Positions 24,854 through 32,874 of a DNA stretch of 50,382 nucleotides are shown here, piece after piece. The first letter of the stretch is position 1. Each line of letters begins with the position of its first letter. The translations under genes and the position numbers were made by a program. The stretch comes from a virus (taxonomy: Duplodnaviria > Caudoviricetes). A model generated the notes under the pieces. The model saw only the letters and a list, made by a program, of their open reading frames with translations. It did no database searches and was not told the origin of the DNA. The DNA is taken from IMG/VR virus record IMGVR_UViG_3300037634_004340, positions 1 through 50,382 of that record; one strand, given 5' to 3'.

Positions 24854-26719
24854 ATGGAGAATAGTATGAAAATTTATAAAGAATTTGTTAGAGGCCAAGT
24901 TAGACATACTGCAGATATTGTATCTATTGATGATATAGCTTTAAGGGCAAATACTGCGAATGGACAAGCTATGTTTATGTCTGTTTATGATTTTGAAGAA
25001 GATTATAAAAATTATGCAGAAGAAAATAATTCAATAGCTGGTTATAATGGTTCTGTTTCTATATCGAAATTATTCTTTGACATTGATTTGGGCAAAGGTG
25101 ATAATGCTATAACAGATGAAATGTGTTTAACAAAAGCTAGAAATTTAGTAGATGAATTAGTAAATAAATGGGATTTAAATCCTTTTTATATTCAACCTTG
25201 GTTTAGTGGTAGGGGTTATCATATCATTACTCCTGACTTCTTTGGTTTTCAGCCTGGAATTGATACTCCTACGCATGTAAAGGCTACTCTAACGCATTAT
25301 TTTAAAGATATTGATCCAATGGTTTATGATAAAACTAGGCTGCTTAGAATGGGTAATAGTAAGCATGCAGATAGTGGTTTATTTAAAATTCCTTTAGAAA
25401 TTGCAGAATTGATGAATTTGAAACCTTCAGAAATACAAGAATTAGCTAAAGAAAAAAGAATAAATAATAAGTTTTTATCTGATTGGTCTAAATTTTCTCC
25501 TCAATTTGAAGATAAGATCAAAACTAAACTTAAAACACAAAGCGCTAAAATAGTAGAACGAGATAAATTAACTAATTTATATTCTGATGCTAATGATTAT
25601 CCAGATCCAACAGCATTTGTTACTTGCTGCCAAACTATGTATAATCAGGGGCCCGTTAAAGGAAATAGGCATCATACTATATTAGTATTAGCTGCTTGGA
25701 TGAGAAGAGCAGGTATGGCTAGAAATTTAGCAAGTAGAATGTTAGTTGATTGGGCTGCTGCAGATATAAATGATGAATCAGATTCTTTAACAGCTAAGGA
25801 GGTTATCCGCTGCTCTAATCAAGTATTTGATAAACCTTACTTTTATTGGTGTGATAATAAATTAATGTCTAAATATTGTAATGAAAAATGTGTTTATTAC
25901 AGCCAAAGAGATGATAGAAGCAGTTTTAAAGCAAATAATATAATATCTGCTCAATTTATAGATTGGTATATGAGTTTCAATACTGATAATAGCGTAGATA
26001 TAGGTACTTTTTGTGGCTCGTCTAACGCCTGGTGGGCAAATCCGTCAGAATTAGTCATACTATCGGGAGATTCAGGTGCAGGTAAAAGCGCATTTATGCA
26101 AAATCTTATGGTACATTGTGGACTAAAAACAGCTTACTATCAAATGGAAATGGGCGAAGAGTTGGATAGATTGAGGTTTAATAAAATGTATTTTAAGAAA
26201 GATGATGAAGAACTGAAAGAATTTTTCTCATCTATGTCTAGGGATGAAATGATAGAAAGTCAAAAAGTATTTGATAATATCTATTTTAAATCAGCTAGCC
26301 CTAATATACATAAGATTAAACAAGAAGTTTCCTTGTTTGAACCTAAATTAATTGTTATTGATACTATGGATATGATTCAAAGTAGAGCTTACAATAGATT
26401 AGATCAGCAAAGAGAGGTTGTTGTTTCTTTAAAGAAATTAGCAATAGAACTTAATACTATAGTTGTAGCTATAGCGCATAAAAATAAGTCAGCATCTGAT
26501 ACTAATAGTGAATATTACAATAATGATAATAACGCTATATCTGGCGATGGATCTATTTTCCAAAAAGCAGATAAAGTATTATTTATTACAACTCCTAAAG
26601 GACAAAGTTCTAGGGAGCGTAAGGTAATATCTTCTAAAAATAGAAATGAAGGCTTATTAAATGAAGATATGATATTTATTGGAGAAAAGATGGTTTATAT
26701 ACCAAAGGAGGAATATTAA
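24854..26719 (+). CDS. AEP primase (PrimPol) - SF4/DnaB-like helicase fusion
   Basis: FFDID, FSGRGYH, D..RLLR, Cys-rich primase C-terminal domain, Walker A GDSGAGKS, IVIDT, AIAH, QKAD, KNR. Confidence 0.9.
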   Translation: MENSMKIYKEFVRGQVRHTADIVSIDDIALRANTANGQAMFMSVYDFEEDYKNYAEENNSIAGYNGSVSISKLFFDIDLGKGDNAITDEMCLTKARNLVDELVNKWDLNPFYIQPWFSGRGYHIITPDFFGFQPGIDTPTHVKATLTHYFKDIDPMVYDKTRLLRMGNSKHADSGLFKIPLEIAELMNLKPSEIQELAKEKRINNKFLSDWSKFSPQFEDKIKTKLKTQSAKIVERDKLTNLYSDANDYPDPTAFVTCCQTMYNQGPVKGNRHHTILVLAAWMRRAGMARNLASRMLVDWAAADINDESDSLTAKEVIRCSNQVFDKPYFYWCDNKLMSKYCNEKCVYYSQRDDRSSFKANNIISAQFIDWYMSFNTDNSVDIGTFCGSSNAWWANPSELVILSGDSGAGKSAFMQNLMVHCGLKTAYYQMEMGEELDRLRFNKMYFKKDDEELKEFFSSMSRDEMIESQKVFDNIYFKSASPNIHKIKQEVSLFEPKLIVIDTMDMIQSRAYNRLDQQREVVVSLKKLAIELNTIVVAIAHKNKSASDTNSEYYNNDNNAISGDGSIFQKADKVLFITTPKGQSSRERKVISSKNRNEGLLNEDMIFIGEKMVYIPKEEY

Positions 26720-26889
26720 TGGCTTATTCAATCGATCAAATGATTGCTGAAAAGGTTAAGAAAGAGCTTGTTTCGCTTAAAATAGAAGTCGTAAAATTAT
26801 TGAATGATCGCATAGATTTATGTGAGAAAGAAATAACTTATGAAGAGGAGTGTATTAACAATGGTACATATAGGGATAGATCCGGGTAA
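26719..26889 (+). CDS. Small hypothetical protein (56 aa)
   Basis: GGAGG RBS and TAATG coupling; manual translation MAYSIDQMIAEK... Confidence 0.5.
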   Translation: MAYSIDQMIAEKVKKELVSLKIEVVKLLNDRIDLCEKEITYEEECINNGTYRDRSG

Positions 26890-27298
26890 AGGAGGTGGTA
26901 TTTGTTTTATAAAAAATAAGGATATAGCTGTAGCATATAAATGTCCTGAAACTATAGAACAAATGACCTCAATTCTTAAAAAAGAAATTAAAGGATTTAG
27001 AAAGAAACAAGCAACAATTGAAAATGTACACAGTATGCCTAGAGATGGCGTAGTAAGTGCTTTTAGTTTTGGAAGAAATTTCGGCACTTGGCTAGGTATA
27101 CTGACAGCATTAAATATTGATTTCAACATGGTTTCTCCACAAAAATGGATGAAAACCTTTCACCCCCTTCCAAAAGAGAAAAAATCAAGAAAACATAAAT
27201 TAAAACAAATAGCTTTTGATTTACATCCTGATGCTAAAAATACATTATCTACTGCTGATGCTGTTCTTATAGCTCATTATGGTTTAACTTTAAAATGA
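26840..27298 (+). CDS. RuvC-like Holliday junction resolvase (likely start 26861)
   Basis: IGIDPG..GG, IENV, FSFG..FG, V.PQKW, ADAVLIAHYG. Confidence 0.9.
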   Translation: MKRSVLTMVHIGIDPGKGGGICFIKNKDIAVAYKCPETIEQMTSILKKEIKGFRKKQATIENVHSMPRDGVVSAFSFGRNFGTWLGILTALNIDFNMVSPQKWMKTFHPLPKEKKSRKHKLKQIAFDLHPDAKNTLSTADAVLIAHYGLTLK

Positions 27299-27471
27299 TT
27301 TCTCAATCAGATTCAATAAATACAGTTATAAAAGAATGGATAAATAAAGGATGTATAGACCCTCATACAGAGTTGTTATGTAAATCCTTATTAGCTGTTA
27401 TTAAGGAACAAGAAAGAACTAATTTATTATTATTGGAGATTTTAAATCGACAAGCTAGAGATAAAAAATGA
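27295..27471 (+). CDS. Small hypothetical protein (58 aa)
   Basis: ATGA overlap with the RuvC-like gene; fills the gap in the operon. Confidence 0.5.
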   Translation: MISQSDSINTVIKEWINKGCIDPHTELLCKSLLAVIKEQERTNLLLLEILNRQARDKK

Positions 27472-27676
27472 ATGTTGGACTTGCATATATCAAGGTCTTA
27501 AGGGTAATACTTTTTTAGGAAATTGCCTTTTTTTTAGAATTTTAGGAAAAGATCCTAAACCTATACCGATGGAAATTATAGATAAAGGTTGTTCTAATTG
27601 GAAAAAGAAAAATAAAGAAAATCATCCATTATTAGTGGATATAATTAAAACATTTAAAGGAAGAGTATTATTATGA
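27461..27676 (+). other. Cys-rich reading frame lacking a canonical start (ATA start, frameshift or pseudogene)
   Basis: Open frame IKNECWTCIYQG...NC...KGCSNW...; the ATG at 27468 is one base out of frame. Confidence 0.4.
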
Positions 27677-28395
27677 TAGATTTTAAAATAATCTTAGGAA
27701 CATGGATGGGCTATTGTAATGAATCTAATAGAAAAGAACGTTACGATGGTATGGAGGAATGGTATGGTGGATCTTCTAGCGGAAGCTGTAGAAGGAAACT
27801 ATATTATAAAGCTAAATCATATAAAAAAACTAACGAAACTAGCCAAGAATCATTAAGAAAAATGCGCTTAGGAACGATATTCCATGAAGACATGGAAAAA
27901 GCATTAGAAATGTTTAATGATCAAAGTCAAATAGAAGGTTGGAAAGAAGGTAAATTTCATATTGAAAAAGAATTACGAGTACCTGATTTAAATTTAAGAG
28001 GATTTGCTGATGCTATTTATGAATCTCCTGACGGAAAGATTTATTTATATGATTTTAAAACAGCAGGTAGTTTCCCTTGGAAATTAAAATTTGGGAAAAA
28101 GGGTAAAAAAGATGATATACGATATAGTTTACAATTAGGATCTTACGGTGAAGCTGTTAAGAGAACTTTTGGAAGACTTGATGGAATGTATCTTGTTTAT
28201 TACAATAAAGATAATTCAGATATGCAAACAGTTGAAGTACCTCTTTATTATACAGAAGAAGCCATTAAATGGTGGAAAGAAACAAATAAATCTCATGAAA
28301 ATGGACTACCTCCTCTTAAAGTTGGAGAGAATCCTTCTGCAGTATGGGAATGTAATTATTGCGATTGGAAAGACTGTTGTATTGGGTTTGAATAA
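27673..28395 (+). CDS. Cas4-like PD-(D/E)XK exonuclease with Fe-S cysteines
   Basis: N-terminal CRR, GTIFH, GFAD, YDFKT, QLGSY, C-terminal CNYCDWKDCC. Confidence 0.88.
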   Translation: MIDFKIILGTWMGYCNESNRKERYDGMEEWYGGSSSGSCRRKLYYKAKSYKKTNETSQESLRKMRLGTIFHEDMEKALEMFNDQSQIEGWKEGKFHIEKELRVPDLNLRGFADAIYESPDGKIYLYDFKTAGSFPWKLKFGKKGKKDDIRYSLQLGSYGEAVKRTFGRLDGMYLVYYNKDNSDMQTVEVPLYYTEEAIKWWKETNKSHENGLPPLKVGENPSAVWECNYCDWKDCCIGFE

Positions 28396-28585
28396 GAAAG
28401 AAAAAAGTATTTATTGGAAAAAGTATGGCGAGAAATACCGATCTAATAAAGCTAAAATAATGGAAGAAGCCTCTGGCGGTAGATGGTGGTTAAAAGCTTA
28501 TTTTGAAATATCTGAGTATGAAAATCGTATTGCCCGTGGTAATATTAAACCTAAAATTAAAAATGATAAGGATTATAATGAGTAA
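28388..28585 (+). CDS. Small hypothetical protein (3' part of track ORF 28148..28585)
   Basis: TTG start at the end of the Cas4-like gene; fills the gap in the operon. Confidence 0.45.
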   Translation: MNKKEKSIYWKKYGEKYRSNKAKIMEEASGGRWWLKAYFEISEYENRIARGNIKPKIKNDKDYNE

Positions 28586-28901
28586 AGTTGGTGAATATTA
28601 TAGAGAAATAGAGGAATTAAATATTATGAATACAAATGTAAGAACTACTAGTTTAAAAGCATTTAAAGAATTAAATGAAACTGGTAATAGTGATAATCAA
28701 CAAAGTCAAATATTAAATTGTATGGAAATAGGAGAAAATTATTCCTTGAGGGAAATAAAATCTCTTGTTCATATAGATATTAATGCTGTTAGTGGTAGAG
28801 TAAATACTTTAAAGAAAAAAGGAAAACTTAAAGAAGCTTCAAAACGAAAATGTTCAATAACAGATAGATTAATAACACCAGTTTATAAAGTTATAATATG
28901 A
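28503..28901 (+). CDS. Winged helix-turn-helix protein (likely start 28578)
   Basis: QILNCM...SLREIK...INAVSGRVNTLKKKG pattern. Confidence 0.65.
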   Translation: MKYLSMKIVLPVVILNLKLKMIRIIMSKVGEYYREIEELNIMNTNVRTTSLKAFKELNETGNSDNQQSQILNCMEIGENYSLREIKSLVHIDINAVSGRVNTLKKKGKLKEASKRKCSITDRLITPVYKVII

Positions 28902-29200
28902 AAAAAATCATATTTGATGCACTTATGAAAATGGATATTATACCTGCTATAACTGAAACTCGTGAAGAAGGTCAAAAAGAATATGCTCATGATGTAAATA
29001 ATATATTTGCTAATTTTGAGCGTGTAGCAGACACTTTATCTATTAAAAGGGAGAAAGTATTAATGGTTTACTTTCTTAAGCATATAGACGGTATTATAGC
29101 TCATATAGATGGACATAAGAGTCAACGAGAACATATACATGGGAGAATTACAGATGCAATTGTCTATTTAACTTTATTATGGGGAATGCTTGATGAATAA
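28898..29200 (+). CDS. Nucleotide modification-associated domain 1 (DUF1599-like) all-alpha NTP pyrophosphatase fold
   Basis: KEYA...FANFE...KHID.I...ITDAIVYLTLL. Confidence 0.65.
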   Translation: MKKIIFDALMKMDIIPAITETREEGQKEYAHDVNNIFANFERVADTLSIKREKVLMVYFLKHIDGIIAHIDGHKSQREHIHGRITDAIVYLTLLWGMLDE

Positions 29201-29351
29201 TTATAGAGATTTAATATTTTATTTAAAAGGGTTAATAATAATATTAGAGGGCTTAGATAGTCAAGATGACTCTGTTAAAGTTGGAATGATAAGAGATGTT
29301 GAAAAAAATATTGGAATATTGGCTAATAACTTAGAAAGACTGGTTAACTAA
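29193..29351 (+). CDS. Small hypothetical protein (52 aa)
   Basis: Overlaps the previous stop; last rightward ORF. Confidence 0.45.
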   Translation: MNNYRDLIFYLKGLIIILEGLDSQDDSVKVGMIRDVEKNIGILANNLERLVN

Positions 29352-29413
29352 ACAGATCGGGTAGTGTAATAGCGCTTTAAATGTAAGTCATTCTTACAGC
29401 CTGGCCTCTGTTT
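29350..29413. terminator. Branched stem-loop at the convergence of the two transcription units
   Basis: AAACAGA/TCTGTTT and CGGGT/GCCTG stems enclose two hairpins (AGTGT/GCGCT and TGTAAG/CTTACA). Confidence 0.5.
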
Positions 29414-32207
29414 ATGTTAAATATGTTTTTGCTGTAGCTTTCTTTCTATGCTGCTCAAGTTTTTCCAAAGCGTCTCTTATTTCTTTTGGTATTAATGCTG
29501 GATTTCCTATTGAACCTTCAAATGCATCTTTCTTTAACTCTTTAGATTCTTTAGTTTGATATAAACCTAATTCATATTGTAATCCTGAACCTATATTGCC
29601 TTGTAAAATACTAGGTAATGTTGAATATAATCCTCTTCCTAAAGCTACATTTAATAATCTAATAGTTTCATAAGCTTTTTTATCATCAGATTTTAATGCA
29701 TAGTCTTCATAACCTGTTAATAGCATTTGTAAAGTATCATCGTCCATATGAGTAAATTCCCATATATTACCTAATGCTAATGCATCTGATACTACAGGAG
29801 CTCCTATAAATGGTAGACCTGTTAAAACACCTTTGCCATAGTAAGCTTTTTTTATATCTTCTTCGTCACCTGTAAAGAGAGCCCATAGTTTATCTATTTG
29901 TTCTTTTACACTATGTTCTACTATATTTCCAAAGTCTAATCCAGTTACTGCTGATGCTATAGCAGGTGCCATGAAATATGTTAAACCCATCTTGTATGCT
30001 TTTTGTGCTCTAGCGCCAGTTATATCGCCTGCTAGTATATCATCACTTGCATTTAATGCTAAATCTTTATTGTATTCTAAGAACTTCATACTATAATGTT
30101 GGAACTGACCTAGTAATCTACCTGCAGGATTAGTTAACCATGAAGCTTTCGCTATATCAGCATAATCAAAATGCATTAATGATACTTTTTTAATAGCATA
30201 ATTTCTAGCTCTTTTAATAATTTCAGCTCTAATTTGTGTATCAGACATACCTTCTTTAGTTAAAGCAGCCTTATAATTAGTAGAGTTATCTAGCTGATTA
30301 TACATCTCATAAAAACCAGTTTTAAATGTAACCTTTCTATTCCAATTTTCAACTTTAGACATCATAAAACCACTTTTACCAGCGAATGCCTTTATTTTAT
30401 CATGTATTCCTGATAATGGAGAAGGTTTTCTAAATTCTATTGTTTCATTATTAGTTATTCGTATTTTCTTTGTAAAGTTTTTACCAACAGTTTGCCCTTC
30501 TACTAGTTCAGGAGGTGCGTCCGTGGAGAATAATATACCAGCCTCGTTCATCATGTCTTCCACTTTACGACTTAAAGTTAAATTATTTTTATAGAATGAA
30601 TTTGATTTAGCCATCATAATAGGGCCAAACTCTACGATATTTAATAGTCCTTGAGTTGCATTTTTAAATGGAGATCTTAAATTGAATCCCAATTTTGAAG
30701 TAAATTCTAACGCCAGAAGACTTCGCATAGCTAATTCAGCTGTTTCATTTTCAAATCCTTTAGAACCTTTCATACGTTTATTCATATCTTGCATCATCTC
30801 AACTGTACCGCTAGCAAATCCATCTAAAGGTTGACCATTTTTAAATAATTCTTTGGCTTGATTTAAAGATTCCCTAGTATATTTATCAGCATGAGAGATC
30901 ATATTAAATCTGTCTATCTCATCGACATATCTTTTTAAAGTGGGAAAGAAATTTCTTGAGTATTCATTCTTAGTATCAACCCCTTTACCTAAATCTACAT
31001 GAGCTCGACTCTTAGCTCTGCCAGATGTATACCCTCTTAATTCTGTGATAGCTTGTTCTACATTGTTAGAATTTGAATATAGGCTTTCAGATACAGCATC
31101 AGATACTCTTTGCAAGTGAGGCATTAAATTGTCTAAATAATCTGTATTTAATAATCTTCGATAATGAGGGAAATATCCTACTACTTTATCTGGTGTAATT
31201 TTTTTCTTTATATTAGTAACTATTTCGTCTAATTCTTTTGTACTATATTTACCAAGCATGCCAGCTCTTATTGAATCGACATAAGCATTTATTCCGCCTT
31301 CTAATACAGTATGCATTTCATTCATTAAATCCACATATTCTATTATAGCGTTACGCATAGAAGCAGATTTTATTTTCTCGCTTAAAATAGGCTGTAAAAC
31401 CTTAGAGCGTATACTTTCATACTTCTCTCTGGTCATCTTGCCTTTCATCATGTCCTTTTTATAGACTTTAGCCTGATCTAACCACTTACCTAAAGATTCT
31501 TGGTGTAACTTAGGGAGAACTTTTTCAACAGTCTCTAGCATTTCATTAAAAACTTTACCCTCGCCTTTAGTATAAAAATCGTCTTCTTTTTTCAAAGCAG
31601 AAGTTAATTTATTTTTTGCTCTAAGTACATTATTATATACATCTAATGAAAGTTTTTCTATATTAGCTTCAAATTCAGTAGCTTTTTTTGTAGCCTGAGC
31701 AACTTGCCTATCAATAGCTATAGCATTAGGCAAAACAGACTTTAATGGTTTAAAATCAGCTCCAAATCCTAATTCAAGCATATTTCTCTTCATATAGTTT
31801 AATATATTATTAAAAGATCTATTATGTCTATTTGTTCTACCTTGATATGCTAAGTTAACATTATGTAGATTGTCTGTAAGAGTAGCTAATTGAGGATTAT
31901 TCCTTGAGATAGAATCTGGTAAATAAAACATGGAACCAAACTTATGTGTAAGCGTTCCCTTTTCTGAAGCACTATTAACTTTAGCTAATTCTCTCCTAAA
32001 TGTTTTAAGTAAGCCTTTAGTATAAGGAATTTCAGCTACTCGCTCCATGCCCATATCGAATATCTTTTCATGGACAGTACGAACAATAGTATCTGTTTCT
32101 TTTCCAAATCTTTTCTGCATAGCTGGATTCTCAGTAAACTCAAGAGCTATTTTAAACATCTCTCCAGCTAAACCTGTTATGTCACAGCCTGGTCCAGTTG
32201 ATCTCAT
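29412..32207 (-). CDS. Large internal virion (DNA ejection) protein
   Basis: 931 aa, helical; LGFNLRSPFKNATQ, ENWNR, FDY, LGQFQHY resemble the C-terminal regions of large ejected proteins; next to the virion RNAP. Confidence 0.6.
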   Translation of the reverse strand: MRSTGPGCDITGLAGEMFKIALEFTENPAMQKRFGKETDTIVRTVHEKIFDMGMERVAEIPYTKGLLKTFRRELAKVNSASEKGTLTHKFGSMFYLPDSISRNNPQLATLTDNLHNVNLAYQGRTNRHNRSFNNILNYMKRNMLELGFGADFKPLKSVLPNAIAIDRQVAQATKKATEFEANIEKLSLDVYNNVLRAKNKLTSALKKEDDFYTKGEGKVFNEMLETVEKVLPKLHQESLGKWLDQAKVYKKDMMKGKMTREKYESIRSKVLQPILSEKIKSASMRNAIIEYVDLMNEMHTVLEGGINAYVDSIRAGMLGKYSTKELDEIVTNIKKKITPDKVVGYFPHYRRLLNTDYLDNLMPHLQRVSDAVSESLYSNSNNVEQAITELRGYTSGRAKSRAHVDLGKGVDTKNEYSRNFFPTLKRYVDEIDRFNMISHADKYTRESLNQAKELFKNGQPLDGFASGTVEMMQDMNKRMKGSKGFENETAELAMRSLLALEFTSKLGFNLRSPFKNATQGLLNIVEFGPIMMAKSNSFYKNNLTLSRKVEDMMNEAGILFSTDAPPELVEGQTVGKNFTKKIRITNNETIEFRKPSPLSGIHDKIKAFAGKSGFMMSKVENWNRKVTFKTGFYEMYNQLDNSTNYKAALTKEGMSDTQIRAEIIKRARNYAIKKVSLMHFDYADIAKASWLTNPAGRLLGQFQHYSMKFLEYNKDLALNASDDILAGDITGARAQKAYKMGLTYFMAPAIASAVTGLDFGNIVEHSVKEQIDKLWALFTGDEEDIKKAYYGKGVLTGLPFIGAPVVSDALALGNIWEFTHMDDDTLQMLLTGYEDYALKSDDKKAYETIRLLNVALGRGLYSTLPSILQGNIGSGLQYELGLYQTKESKELKKDAFEGSIGNPALIPKEIRDALEKLEQHRKKATAKTYLT

Positions 32208-32217
32208 TAGTTATCCT

Positions 32218-32874
32218 TTACTTATGCACTTTCTTTAAAAATTCTTTAGGTATCCCACCTGCTATTCCATAGTTATATACCAGCATATCACTATCATCAT
32301 AAAGAGATTTGCCTCTTAAATCGCTAATTTTTTCCATCTTCTCAAATTTACTTTTAGGGATTTCAAATTCTAAAACAGTCACCTTTTTTCCCTTTTTCCC
32401 CCATATTCTTGCTTCAGCAAAATTATTACTAACCCAAGCAGTTCCTTTGGATAGATCATCCTTTCCTGTTGAAGGATTAAATCTACTATAATCTGAGCCT
32501 ACAAACTTACCTTCTTTGACCATTTTGCCCGAATGCCACTTATCTACCCCTCTATATAAAGTCACCATTTCTTCACCAGCTTCTTTAGCGGCCTTTAAAG
32601 CTCTTTTACCAGCAACAAACTGTCCAATAATAGGAATAGCTGAAGCTCCTGACAATACAGCTTCTCCAAACTCTCCTTCAGCAGCATATAATAATGCATC
32701 CGCTGCATCAGCCACATTCCCATATCCAGGGGTAAAACCAGCAGCCATTAAAGCTGTATGAAGACCTTCAGTGCTAGTATCACTCTCTTGCTTAAAAAGA
32801 TTAGCAATAGTTTTGTCTGGCTCTGCAACTTGTAGCATATTATTAAAAGCTTCTGTGTCTATTTTATCTGGCAT
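32218..32874 (-). CDS. Polymorphic-toxin-like protein: pre-toxin TG domain plus ADP-ribosyltransferase-like C-terminus
   Basis: GFTPGYGNVADAADALLYAAEG...SAIPIIG (PT-TG-like), then TLYRG...WVS...A..W...VLEFEIP (ART R-S strands). Confidence 0.6.
   Translation of the reverse strand: MPDKIDTEAFNNMLQVAEPDKTIANLFKQESDTSTEGLHTALMAAGFTPGYGNVADAADALLYAAEGEFGEAVLSGASAIPIIGQFVAGKRALKAAKEAGEEMVTLYRGVDKWHSGKMVKEGKFVGSDYSRFNPSTGKDDLSKGTAWVSNNFAEARIWGKKGKKVTVLEFEIPKSKFEKMEKISDLRGKSLYDDSDMLVYNYGIAGGIPKEFLKKVHK

Noticed and set aside
27673-28395. CRISPR-Cas locus, suggested by the Cas4-like gene
   Set aside because: No repeat-spacer array or other cas genes; solo Cas4-like nucleases are common in phage replication modules
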